From assembly GCA_035635775.1 (NCBI GenBank), contig DASQAL010000072.1, forward strand, positions 775-64,774: a stretch of 64,000 nt of DNA. The letters run 5' to 3'. The notes under the pieces were generated by a model. It was not told the DNA's origin and searched no databases. It saw nothing but the letters and a program-made list of their open reading frames with translations. The DNA is from Candidatus Acidiferrum sp. (GTDB taxonomy: Bacteria; Methylomirabilota; Methylomirabilia; Rokubacteriales; CSP1-6). Both the position numbers and the translations under genes were made by a program. The stretch's first letter is position 1, and each line of letters begins with the position of its first letter. Of this stretch, positions 55,494 to 64,000 are shown in pieces.

Positions 55494-56402
55494 ATGGACG
55501 CGTCGGTCGAGCTCGTCAAACATCTGCTCGGCTCGGTGGTGCACATCCACGCCGAGGTCCCTTCGAGCCACCCCTCCACCCGGATCATGGGTGACGAGCG
55601 AATGGGCAGCGGGACGGTCGTGGACCCCGCCGGCCTCATCCTCACCGTCAACTACGTGGTGATGGGGGCCGAGACCATCCAGGTCACCCTGGGGCGGGGG
55701 CGGGCGCTACGGGCCGAGATCGTCGCCCAGGATTTCGAGATCGGCCTGGCCCTGCTCCGCGTGAAGCGGCAGGGGCTGCAGGCCGTCCCCATCGCGGACT
55801 CCGAGACGCTGACGCGCGGGGAGCCCGTCTTCGCGATCGGCTCCACCGGCCCCCGCGAGCGGCGCGTGGCGGGCGGCCTCGTGACCTACCTCGGGGAGTT
55901 CGAGGCCTACTGGGAGTACCTGCTCGAGCGCGGGATCGTCTCGAGCGCCGCCAATCCGGGCTTCGGCGGCGGCCCGCTCTTCACCCTGACCGGCCAGATG
56001 GTGGGCGTCGTCTCGCTCAACCTGAACGAGATCGCGCGCTGCTCGCTCGCCATTCCGGGCGAATGCTACCGCCGCAACCAGCAGGAGTTCATGCGCTTCG
56101 GCCGGGTGGTGAGCCGACCGCAGCGGGCCTGGCTCGGCGTCTTCGCCCACGTGCTGGAAGAGGGCGTGGTGGTGGCGGGCCTCGTGCCCAATGGGCCGGG
56201 CGCGCGCTCCGGCATCCAGGAGGGCGACGTCATCGTGTCCCTGGACGCCCAGGAGGTCCCGACGCGCAAGGAGCTCTACCTCTCGCTGTGGAAGCGCGCG
56301 CCGGGCGAGAAGATGACGCTCGAGGTCATGCGCGACAACGAGGTGCGCCGACTCTCCGTGACCGGCGGCGATCGGGCCGACTTCTACAAGCAGACATCCT
56401 GA
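55494..56402 (+). CDS. HtrA/DegP-like trypsin-fold plus PDZ protein lacking all three catalytic residues
   Basis: GSGTVVDPAGLILTVNYVV, EIGLALLRV and NPGFGGGPLF align to the His, Asp and Ser motifs of S1C proteases but carry Tyr, Gly, Gly; PDZ GVVVAGLVPNGPGARSGIQEGDVIVSLD. Confidence 0.75.
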   Translation: MDASVELVKHLLGSVVHIHAEVPSSHPSTRIMGDERMGSGTVVDPAGLILTVNYVVMGAETIQVTLGRGRALRAEIVAQDFEIGLALLRVKRQGLQAVPIADSETLTRGEPVFAIGSTGPRERRVAGGLVTYLGEFEAYWEYLLERGIVSSAANPGFGGGPLFTLTGQMVGVVSLNLNEIARCSLAIPGECYRRNQQEFMRFGRVVSRPQRAWLGVFAHVLEEGVVVAGLVPNGPGARSGIQEGDVIVSLDAQEVPTRKELYLSLWKRAPGEKMTLEVMRDNEVRRLSVTGGDRADFYKQTS

Positions 56403-56429
56403 TCCACGCAGTCCGACAAAGGGGTCCCC

Positions 56430-57221
56430 ATGGATCTGGGCATCAAGGGCAAGACCGCGCTCGTGGTGGCCGCGAGCAAGGGCATGGGCAGGGCGAGCGC
56501 GCTGGGCCTGGCCGCGGAAGGCGCGCGGGTCGTGATGTGCGCGCGCGGCGAGGCGGCCCTCCAGGACGCGGCCGCGGAGGTGAAGCGGCAGACCGGCGCG
56601 GAAGTGCTGGCGCTGCCCGCCGACGCGAGCCGGGCCGCCGACATCTCGAAGGTGGTGACGGAGGCCAACCGGGCCTTCGGCGGCGTGGACATCCTGGTGG
56701 CCAACGTAGGCGGGCCGCCCCCCGGTCCCTTCGAGAGCATGACGGACGAGCACTGGATGAAGGCCTTCGAGCAGGTCCACCTGTCAACCGTGCGTTTCAT
56801 CCGAGAGGTCCTGCCCCACATGAAGAAGTCGCGCTGGGGCCGCATCCTGGCGATCCAGTCCAGCTCGGTGAAGCAGCCGGTGGACGGCCTGGTCCTCTCC
56901 AACGGGATAAGGCCCGGCATCGCGGGCCTCTTCAAGACGCTGGCGGGCGATCTCGCCAAGGACAACATCACGGTCAACCTCGTGCTGCCCGGTCGCATCA
57001 TGACCGACCGGTTCATCGAGCACCAGACCGACCGGGCCAAGCGCGGCGGGATCACGATGGAGCAGCAGATGGCGCTGTCCTCCGCCGACATCCCCATGGG
57101 GCGGATCGGCACGCCGGACGAGTTCGCCGCGATGGTGGTCTTCCTCGCCTCCGCGCGCGCGTCCTACGTCACGGGCACCGCGGTCCAGGTGGACGGCGGC
57201 CTGATCCGGAGCGTCGTCTAG
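56430..57221 (+). CDS. SDR family oxidoreductase
   Basis: KTALVVAASKGMGRASA, SDR fold, 263 aa. Confidence 0.75.
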   Translation: MDLGIKGKTALVVAASKGMGRASALGLAAEGARVVMCARGEAALQDAAAEVKRQTGAEVLALPADASRAADISKVVTEANRAFGGVDILVANVGGPPPGPFESMTDEHWMKAFEQVHLSTVRFIREVLPHMKKSRWGRILAIQSSSVKQPVDGLVLSNGIRPGIAGLFKTLAGDLAKDNITVNLVLPGRIMTDRFIEHQTDRAKRGGITMEQQMALSSADIPMGRIGTPDEFAAMVVFLASARASYVTGTAVQVDGGLIRSVV

Positions 57222-57252
57222 CCGCGGCGAGGCGCATGGAGAGTGCGGGCTC

Positions 57253-58056
57253 GTGATCGGCGCGCTGAGAACCGCGGCCGCGAACTTCCGCGCCCGCCGC
57301 GGGATGTTCCTGGCCTCGGGGCTCGCGTTCAACTTCATCGTGGGCCTCATCCCGCTGCTCTTCTTCTTCGTGTCGGTGGCGGGCTTCGTACTGAGCCGCC
57401 GGACGGTGATGGAGGCCGTCCTCAACCAGCTCTCGGCCATCGTTCCGGTCTACAAGAACGAGCTCCACGACACCCTCGCCTCCATCATCCGGCGGCGAAC
57501 CCTGTCGAGCCTGCTCGGCACCGCGGTGCTGCTCCTTTTCGCGAGCCAGCTCTTCAACTCGATCCGGGTCGTCCTGAGCGACATCTTCGGCTTCCGGGGC
57601 GGCCCCGGCTTCCTCCGCGGCCTGCTGCGGGACGTGGTGATGGTGGTGGCGATGGGCGTGCTCTTCCTCGGCAGCCTCGTGATCAGCGACGTCTTCGGCT
57701 GGCTCAAGATCCTGCTCTTCCAGACCATGGGCATGCCGTCGCACTGGGTGCGCTCCTGGTCGCTGGGGCTGGCCCTGGCGCTCAGCACCGCGTTCTTCTT
57801 CGTCCCCTACCGCTACTTCCCGCACCGCCGCGTCCCGGTGGGGGCGGCGCTCGCGGGCGCCCTGCTCGCCGCGGTCCTGTGGGAAGCCGCGAAGCAGCTC
57901 TTCCGCTGGTACATCCTCTCCTTCGGCGTCTACGATCAGGTCTACGGCCCCCTCGGCGTCCTGGTGGCGCTCGCCATGTTCGCCTACTACTCGGGCGTCG
58001 TCTTCATCCTGGGCGCGGAGTTCGCGGCCGCCCTGATGCGGACCAGCCGCGGCTGA
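57253..58056 (+). CDS. YihY/BrkB-family membrane protein
   Basis: GTG start; ...FRARRGMFLASGLAFNFIVGLIPLLFF...YGPLGVLVALAMFAYYSGVVFILGAEF... Confidence 0.75.
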   Translation: MIGALRTAAANFRARRGMFLASGLAFNFIVGLIPLLFFFVSVAGFVLSRRTVMEAVLNQLSAIVPVYKNELHDTLASIIRRRTLSSLLGTAVLLLFASQLFNSIRVVLSDIFGFRGGPGFLRGLLRDVVMVVAMGVLFLGSLVISDVFGWLKILLFQTMGMPSHWVRSWSLGLALALSTAFFFVPYRYFPHRRVPVGAALAGALLAAVLWEAAKQLFRWYILSFGVYDQVYGPLGVLVALAMFAYYSGVVFILGAEFAAALMRTSRG

Positions 58057-58078
58057 TCTGTGCTAGGGTGATGCGGTC

Positions 58079-59281
58079 ATGGTCGACCCTCTGCGCCCGC
58101 CCCTTCACGGCGTGCGGGTCCTCGAGCTGGCCCACCTGATCGCGGGGCCCATCTGCGGCATGTACCTCGCCGACATGGGCGCCGACGTGGTGAAGGTGGA
58201 GTCGCGGGAGGCGCCCGATGCGGGGCGCTCGGTGTACCCGCGCGCGATGCGCAACGGCGAGGGCGTGCTGCACCTCACGGTCAACCGCAACAAACGCGGG
58301 CTCTGCCTCGACGTCAAGCAACCGGAGGGCCGCGCGGCCTTCCGCCGGCTCGCCGCGTGGGCCGACGTGATCATCGAGGGCTTCCGCGGCGGCGTGGCCG
58401 AGCGGCTCGGCATCGACTACGACTCGGTGAAGAGCGCGAACCCGCGCCTCATCTACTGCTCGATCTCCGCCTTCGGCCCCGACGGCCCCTGGCGCGAGAA
58501 GCCGGGCCTCGACTCGCTCGCCCAGGCCCTCGGCGGCCTCATGGCCGTCACCGGCGAGCCCGACGGCGGCCCGGTGCTGTGCGGGGCGCCGGTGGCCGAC
58601 ACCCTGGGCGGGATGCTCGCGATCCAGGGCATCCTCACCGCGCTGATCGCGCGCGCGGCCAGTGGGCAAGGCCAACGAATAGACGCCTCGCTGCTCAACG
58701 GCATGCTCTTCGCCCATACCGCGCGCCTCTCCGTCTTCCACGAGACGGGCGAGCCGCTGCCCCGCTACGGCAGCGGTCATCCCGAGATCGTGCCCTACCA
58801 GGCCTTCCAGGCCGCGGACGGCTGGATCTTCGTGGCCGCGTGGGTGGACCGACTCTGGCTGCCCTTCTGCAAGGCGGTCGGCATGGACGCGCTCGGCTCC
58901 GATCCCCGCTTCGCCACGCGCGGAGACCGCCTCGCGCACCGCGGCGCGCTGGAGGCGATCCTGGCCCCCGTGTTCCGCGCGCGCCCGGTCGCCCACTGGA
59001 TGGACGTGCTCGAGCGGGCCGACGTGCTCTGCGCCCCGGTCAATGACTACTCCATGCTCGTCCGGCATCCGCAGGTGGCGGCCACCGGCTTCATCACCGA
59101 GCAGAGCCATCCGCGCGCGGGCACCTTCAAGACGGTGGCCACCCCGGTGAAGTTCGAGAAGACCCCGGGCACCATCCGGACCCCGGCCCCCTTGCTGGGC
59201 GAGCACAGCCGGGACGTGCTCGCCGAGGCCGGCTTCACGACCACCGAGATCGACTCGCTCGCCGCGCGCAGCATCATTTAA
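58079..59281 (+). CDS. family III CoA-transferase (CaiB/BaiF)
   Basis: ...LHGVRVLELAHLIAGPICGMYLADMGADVVKVE...; 400 aa. Confidence 0.85.
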   Translation: MVDPLRPPLHGVRVLELAHLIAGPICGMYLADMGADVVKVESREAPDAGRSVYPRAMRNGEGVLHLTVNRNKRGLCLDVKQPEGRAAFRRLAAWADVIIEGFRGGVAERLGIDYDSVKSANPRLIYCSISAFGPDGPWREKPGLDSLAQALGGLMAVTGEPDGGPVLCGAPVADTLGGMLAIQGILTALIARAASGQGQRIDASLLNGMLFAHTARLSVFHETGEPLPRYGSGHPEIVPYQAFQAADGWIFVAAWVDRLWLPFCKAVGMDALGSDPRFATRGDRLAHRGALEAILAPVFRARPVAHWMDVLERADVLCAPVNDYSMLVRHPQVAATGFITEQSHPRAGTFKTVATPVKFEKTPGTIRTPAPLLGEHSRDVLAEAGFTTTEIDSLAARSII

Positions 59282-59302
59282 GAACGACAGGAGGCTTCAG
59301 CC

Positions 59303-60214
59303 ATGATGCTCAAGGACAGGGTCGCGGTGGTCACCGGCGCGGCGCGCGGCATCGGCCGCGAGATCGCGCTGCTCATGGCGAAGCACGGGGCCAAGGTGGT
59401 GGTGAACGACTACGGCGGGGGCTCGGACGGGACGGGCGACGCGCGCGGCCCCGCCGACGACGTGGTCAACGAGATCAAGGGGCAGGGCGGCCAGGGCGCC
59501 GCGAACTACGACTCGGTGGCCAGCATGGCGGGCGGCCAGCACATCATCCAGACCGCCCTCGACCACTTCGGCCGCGTGGACATCGTGGTCAACAACGCGG
59601 GCATCCTCCGCGATCGCATGATCTTCAACATGACCGAGGAAGAGTGGGACGGCGTCCTCAACACGCACTTGAAGGGCACCTTCGCGGTGACCCGGGCCGC
59701 GGTCCCGCACATGCGGGAGCGGAAGTGGGGCCGGATCATCAACATGACGTCCACCTCCGGCCTCGTCGGCAATATCGGCCAGGCCAACTACGCGGCGGCC
59801 AAGCTCGGCATCGTGGGCTTCACCAAGGTGGTGGCGCTCGACATGGCCCGCTACAACGTCACCGCCAACTGCATCTCGCCCTTCGCGTGGACCCGCATGA
59901 TCGGCACGATCCCCACCGAGACCGAGGCCCAGAAGGCCCGTGTCGAGAAGATCAAGAAAATGGGCCCCGAGCACATCGCCCCGGTGGCGGTGTTCCTGGC
60001 CACCGACGAAGCCAAGGAGATCTCGGGCCAGGTCTTCGGGGTGCGCGGCAAGGAGGTCATGCTGTTCGGCCACATGCGCCCGCTGCGGAGCATTCACCAC
60101 GACCTCGGCTGGACGCCGGAGCGGCTGGCCGCCATGTTCCCGGGCACGCTCAAGCACCACATGGCGCCGCTCGACACCTCGGGGCAGTTCTTCAACTACG
60201 ACCCGATGGTCTGA
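59303..60214 (+). CDS. SDR-family 3-hydroxyacyl-CoA dehydrogenase-like protein (multifunctional-enzyme-2 dehydrogenase-domain type)
   Basis: RVAVVTGAARGIGREIA, NNAGILRD, YAAAK; extended C-terminus as in MFE-2-type SDRs. Confidence 0.7.
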   Translation: MMLKDRVAVVTGAARGIGREIALLMAKHGAKVVVNDYGGGSDGTGDARGPADDVVNEIKGQGGQGAANYDSVASMAGGQHIIQTALDHFGRVDIVVNNAGILRDRMIFNMTEEEWDGVLNTHLKGTFAVTRAAVPHMRERKWGRIINMTSTSGLVGNIGQANYAAAKLGIVGFTKVVALDMARYNVTANCISPFAWTRMIGTIPTETEAQKARVEKIKKMGPEHIAPVAVFLATDEAKEISGQVFGVRGKEVMLFGHMRPLRSIHHDLGWTPERLAAMFPGTLKHHMAPLDTSGQFFNYDPMV

Positions 60215-60237
60215 GCCGGGCGGCTCGGCCGCGGAGC

Positions 60238-61620
60238 ATGCGCCACGCGTCGGTTTCGCTCCGTCTCGCCCTGCTCCTGGCCGCGGCGCTCGTCTCGCCC
60301 GCCTCCGCCGCGGAGCCGGGCCTGCTGGTCACGGTGGGCGAGGTGACCGACACCGCCGCGGTGGTGTGGGTGCGCGGCGTCGCCTGGGGCGAGGTCACCG
60401 TGCGCTACGAGCCGCTCGGGCGCGCGCCGGCCGCCGAGGGCGGGACGCCCGCGGGCGCCCGCGGGGAGATCCGGGTGAGCCCGAGGCAGCACCTGACCGG
60501 GAAGCTCCTGCTCCAGCCGCTAGAACCGGGGACCCGCTACCGCTACACCGCTATCCAGAACACGGCCGAGGCCACCGGCGAGTTCGTGACCGCGCCCGCT
60601 CCGACCGACGCGCGGCCGGTGCGCTTCTCCTGGAGCGGCGACCTCGGCAGCCGTGGGCACTGCCGCAAGCCCGGCGACGGGTACGCGATCTTCCGCGCCC
60701 TCGCGCGAACACCCTCCGATTTCTTTCTCTTTGTCGGCGACACCATCTACGCCGATCACGTCTGCGGTGAGGGCGAGCGGGTCCCCGGTTACGACTTCGT
60801 GGCGCGGCGCCTGGCCGACTTCTGGGCCAAGCATCGCTACAACCGCGAGGATCCGGCGGTGCAGGCATACTTCCGCCGCGCGTCGGTGTACGCGATCTGG
60901 GACGACCACGAGGTCCGCGACAACTTCGCTGGACCCACCGAGCCCTTGATGGAGCCGGGGCGGCGCGCCTTCATCGACTACTTCCCGATCCGGCCCCCGC
61001 GCGAGGAGCCCGGCCGCCTCTACCGCCAGTTCCGCTGGGGCGCGCTCCTCGAGGTCTTCATCCTCGACACGCGGCAGTACCGCAGCCCCAATACCGCGGT
61101 CGACGGGCCCGGCAAGACCATGCTCGGCGCCACCCAGCGCCGCTGGCTGGTGGACGCGGTGGCCGGGTCGAGCGCGGTGTGGAAGGTCGTGGTGTCGAGC
61201 GTGCCCCTCTCGGTGCCCACCGGCGGCCGTGCCCACGACTCCTGGAGCAATGCCAATGCCCGGGGGGTGCCGGAGGAGCACTCCACCGGCTTCGCGGTCG
61301 AGCGCGACGCCATCCTGCGCGCCCTGCGCCAGCGCGGTGTGAAGAACCTGGTGGTGCTCGCCGCCGACGTGCACCACGCCGAGCTGATTCGCCACCACCC
61401 GACGCCCGAGTGGTCCTTCCACGAGTTCATCGCGGGCCCGCTGTCCGCCGGCCCCGGAAAGCCGCGCCCGCTCGACGCCGCGCTCACCCCGCGCTCGCTG
61501 TGGAGCCTGGGCGGCACCGCCAACTTCGGCGACATCGCGATCGACGCCACCGGCCTCACGGTGCGCATCGTGGACGCGCTCGGCCAGACTCGCTTCTCCC
61601 ACACCGTCGGCGCCGAGTAG
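60238..61620 (+). CDS. phoD: PhoD-family alkaline phosphatase / phosphodiesterase, secreted
   Basis: Signal peptide MRHASVSLRLALLLAAALVSPASA; ...FLFVGDTIYAD...WDDHEV...LAADVHHAE... metallophosphatase motifs. Confidence 0.75.
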   Translation: MRHASVSLRLALLLAAALVSPASAAEPGLLVTVGEVTDTAAVVWVRGVAWGEVTVRYEPLGRAPAAEGGTPAGARGEIRVSPRQHLTGKLLLQPLEPGTRYRYTAIQNTAEATGEFVTAPAPTDARPVRFSWSGDLGSRGHCRKPGDGYAIFRALARTPSDFFLFVGDTIYADHVCGEGERVPGYDFVARRLADFWAKHRYNREDPAVQAYFRRASVYAIWDDHEVRDNFAGPTEPLMEPGRRAFIDYFPIRPPREEPGRLYRQFRWGALLEVFILDTRQYRSPNTAVDGPGKTMLGATQRRWLVDAVAGSSAVWKVVVSSVPLSVPTGGRAHDSWSNANARGVPEEHSTGFAVERDAILRALRQRGVKNLVVLAADVHHAELIRHHPTPEWSFHEFIAGPLSAGPGKPRPLDAALTPRSLWSLGGTANFGDIAIDATGLTVRIVDALGQTRFSHTVGAE

Positions 61621-61649
61621 CCGCCGGGCGCCCAGACGGTGGTGCCGGC

Positions 61650-63569
61650 TCACGCGGGCGGGGCCCGCCGCCGCCAGGCGGCGAGCAGAAGGACCGCGCC
61701 CAGGCTCAGCGCGACGCCCGCCCACTCGGCGGCACCCGCGCGATGTTCGAGCTCCACCGACGAGCCGGGCGCGACGAGCGCGACCTCGAGGAGGCCCCGC
61801 TCGTCGCGACGTACGGCCAGCGGCGCACCGGCGGCGCGGGCCACCCAGAGTGGCGAGTAGGCGATGGGCAGCGAGACCCAGCCCCGCGCGGCCGCGGGCA
61901 GGGAGATCCGCCAGCGTTGCGCCCCGATGGGGACCAGCTCGGCGCCGCCCTCCGCCATCGCAAAGAGTCTGAACGAGCCTATGCGGGATAGGCTCCTAAC
62001 CGATTGATTCTCGGTCAGGAACCTCGCTCGGCCGACGTCCTCCTCGAGGGCGACGACCAGGCCGATCCCAAGGCCGCGGGCGAGGTCATTGAACGTCTCC
62101 GACTCGAGCGCCTCTAGCCGACGGCCGAACAGGGTCTGGCCGTCTCGCTGCTCGGCCAGCATGGTGAGGGGACGGTGAGCCGCCGAGCCGGTGTAGACGA
62201 GCCCCGCCACCGGCGCCGGATGCGTGAAGGTTCCGCCGACGATCGCGCGGCCGGCGCGCAACGGCGTGAGCGCGGTGAGGTGCGTGTGCGGTCGCCACCA
62301 CTCGGGACGCCAGTCGAGCGGCACCGCGGAGCGGAGGAAGAGCACGCGGCCGGGCGGCGCGTGACGGATCGCCTCCCAGAGCGCGTCCATCCGCAGTCCG
62401 CGCGTCACCTCCCGCTCCCGGGGCCATTCGCGCGGCCGCGGCCAGAGCGTGAGCCCGGCCTCGTCCGGGCCCCAGGCCAGCGGCACGCAGACCGCCAGCG
62501 CGACCAGGGCGGCGACGGCAGCACGCGCGCGCCCCGCGGCGAGGGCGGCGAATCCCGCGGCGCCGGCCAGCACGAGGCCGAGGTGCAGCCCATCCACCAG
62601 CCGGTCCGCGGGCAGCCACGCCAGGCCGAGCGGCTCCACGACGAGCGCGTCGAGCGCGATCACGAGGATCATGGCCGGCGCCAGGCCCAGCAGCCACCGC
62701 GCGCCCCCATTGGGGAGGATCGGGAGCCGCGCGCGCCAGCGCCACGCGACCAGGCTCAGCAGCGCCAGCGCGAGCAGGAGCGGCTGCGACCCGAGACGGC
62801 GGCCGAGCGCGGGGAGGGTCGCGTCCGCCCAGGCCAGCGGCAAGGCCATGCGCAGGTGTGCGAGCAGCGGCAGCAGCCAGATCGCGGCCAGCCCGAGCCC
62901 GAGCGCGAGGATGACCGCGGCCTCGCCGAGGCGACGGCGGCGCGGTGCCGAGTGAAGGGCGGCCAGCACCACCAGCACGGCGGCGGCCGGCGCGTGAGCC
63001 GGATGGAGCAGGATCACCGCGGCGACCAGCGCGGCGCTCGCGAGCGGCGGGCGCGTGGCGCCCCCGGCCCAGCGCAGCAGGCATAGCGCCAGCAGCGGCA
63101 GCACCCCCCAGCCCAGGCGGGCCGCGATCAGACCCCAGCGCAGTCCTTCCTCCACCCCGCTCCGGCAGCCCGCCGAGAGGGTGAGCGCGACGACCGCGCC
63201 GGGCAGCGCGAGCCACGGATCGCCGAGCGCGCGGCGCAGCAGCGCGTACACCGCCGCGCCCGGCAGCAGCCAGGCGAGCCAGAGAAGGACCTGGTAGACG
63301 TTAGCCACGTCGAGCGCACCGCCGGCGGCCAGGTGGATCAGCGCGCCGAGCCAGGCGAAGGCGGGCGGGTAGTACTGGAGCTCCGCGTAGCCGGCCCACC
63401 AGCCGGGATTGAAGCGCCACGGCGCCCACCCCAGCGAGATCGCGTGCGCGAGACGGTAGAGCTGGCCCGGATGATCGTCGAAGACGAGCAGGCCGCCGCC
63501 GAGGGCGCGCCAGCCGAAGGCCACGGCGTAGGCGGCGAGCAACGCGGGAGGCAGCCAGGCGCGGGTCAC
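61650..63569 (-). CDS. large polytopic membrane protein with C-terminal soluble domain (GT-C-like, function unknown)
   Basis: GTG 63569; about 12 TM segments (…LQYYPPAFAWLGALIHLAAG…) then about 250 aa soluble region and a final TM helix; the track ORF start 63665 would extend into the AT-richer promoter spacer. Confidence 0.6.
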   Translation of the reverse strand: MTRAWLPPALLAAYAVAFGWRALGGGLLVFDDHPGQLYRLAHAISLGWAPWRFNPGWWAGYAELQYYPPAFAWLGALIHLAAGGALDVANVYQVLLWLAWLLPGAAVYALLRRALGDPWLALPGAVVALTLSAGCRSGVEEGLRWGLIAARLGWGVLPLLALCLLRWAGGATRPPLASAALVAAVILLHPAHAPAAAVLVVLAALHSAPRRRRLGEAAVILALGLGLAAIWLLPLLAHLRMALPLAWADATLPALGRRLGSQPLLLALALLSLVAWRWRARLPILPNGGARWLLGLAPAMILVIALDALVVEPLGLAWLPADRLVDGLHLGLVLAGAAGFAALAAGRARAAVAALVALAVCVPLAWGPDEAGLTLWPRPREWPREREVTRGLRMDALWEAIRHAPPGRVLFLRSAVPLDWRPEWWRPHTHLTALTPLRAGRAIVGGTFTHPAPVAGLVYTGSAAHRPLTMLAEQRDGQTLFGRRLEALESETFNDLARGLGIGLVVALEEDVGRARFLTENQSVRSLSRIGSFRLFAMAEGGAELVPIGAQRWRISLPAAARGWVSLPIAYSPLWVARAAGAPLAVRRDERGLLEVALVAPGSSVELEHRAGAAEWAGVALSLGAVLLLAAWRRRAPPA

Positions 63570-63593
63570 CGGGGCCGATGATACGGCATCGCG

Positions 63594-63622
63594 TTGACAA
63601 CCCGCGGCGTGGAGTGTTAAGT
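63594..63622 (+). promoter_or_regulatory. putative sigma70-type promoter of thrC
   Basis: TTGACA (63594-63599), 17 nt, TTAAGT (63617-63622). Confidence 0.45.
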
Positions 63623-63720
63623 AAACGAAATCGTTGCCGCTGGGTCGGTGATCCGGGAGGGCCAACCCGGATCGTGCAGCTCATTCCGGGGCTCAAATCC
63701 CCTACCGATTGGAGAGGCCA

Positions 63721-64000
63721 TTGGACAGATTGAAGGGCTTGAAGTGCCGGGAGTGTGGCCGCGGCTACCCTTCCTCCCCGTCTCACGTCTGTGAGTTCTG
63801 TTTCGGTCCCCTCGAGGTCGACTACGACTACGAGGTGATCCGCGCGCGGATCAGCCGCGCGCGCATCGAAGCCGGCCCCAAGTCGATCTGGCGCTACGCC
63901 GATCTCCTGCCGCTCGATCTGGTCGACGGCCTACCGCCGATCGGCGCCGCGGTGGGCTTCACCCCGCTGGTGCGCGCGCGCAACCTGGCGGACGAGTGGG
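63721..64000 (+). CDS. thrC: threonine synthase, N-terminal fragment (3' end outside the window)
   Basis: Zinc-ribbon N-terminus KCRECGRGYPSSPSHVCEFCFGPLEVDYDY..., then ...SIWRYADLLP...GFTPLVRA; TTG start candidates at 63709, 63721, 63730, 63739; GGAGAGG at 63711-63717. Confidence 0.8.
   Translation, partial: MDRLKGLKCRECGRGYPSSPSHVCEFCFGPLEVDYDYEVIRARISRARIEAGPKSIWRYADLLPLDLVDGLPPIGAAVGFTPLVRARNLADEW

Overview
64 kb of a very GC-rich (roughly 70 percent) bacterial chromosome, almost entirely coding. I can support about 70 protein genes, one riboswitch, a few promoters and terminators, and two kinds of palindromic repeat. I recognised no rRNA, tRNA, CRISPR array, transposase, integrase or phage gene, so this looks like ordinary chromosome rather than a mobile island. 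Many neighbouring genes are translationally coupled through ATGA/GTGA/TTGA start-stop overlaps.

Gene content, left to right:
- def fragment, a receiver-like ORF, then ferritin-like and SirB1-like proteins.
- An amino-acid conversion block (Asp/Glu-racemase-like, DAO-type FAD oxidase, enolase-superfamily enzyme) joined to a Liv-type ABC importer split over two convergent operons.
- Short mutY-like gene, SDR, mutT; then ygfZ-like and yyaL-like genes.
- A TPP-riboswitch-controlled thiS-thiG-thiE-thiO operon, extended by an M20 amidohydrolase.
- tldD-pmbA-tatD-hydrolase-M20 peptidase.
- An HD-GYP response regulator, a tcuA-like gene and uppP.
- A glycosylation block: GT39, small membrane protein, methyltransferase, GT2, DUF2079.
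- An ABC-2 exporter and a frameshifted RraA-family gene.
- A minus-strand operon: moeA, a second TldD/PmbA pair, split transketolase, DUF2214.
- An RDD-DinB-DUF309-unknown operon.
- A stand-alone glycine-rich RRM RNA-binding protein gene.
- A radical-SAM (SplB-like) gene convergent with a family-B DNA polymerase that is coupled to a TPR protein.
- A triad-less HtrA-like PDZ protein, SDR and CoA-transferase genes, PhoD, a large GT-C-like membrane protein, and the 5' end of thrC.

I did not find a clear-cut new defence-type or secretion-type system. The most unusual items are listed under findings with moderate scores. Most other long ORFs in the six-frame track are antisense or out-of-frame GC artefacts (Arg/Pro/Gly/Ala-rich). 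All functional calls come from my own motif recognition in the translations; no database search was run.
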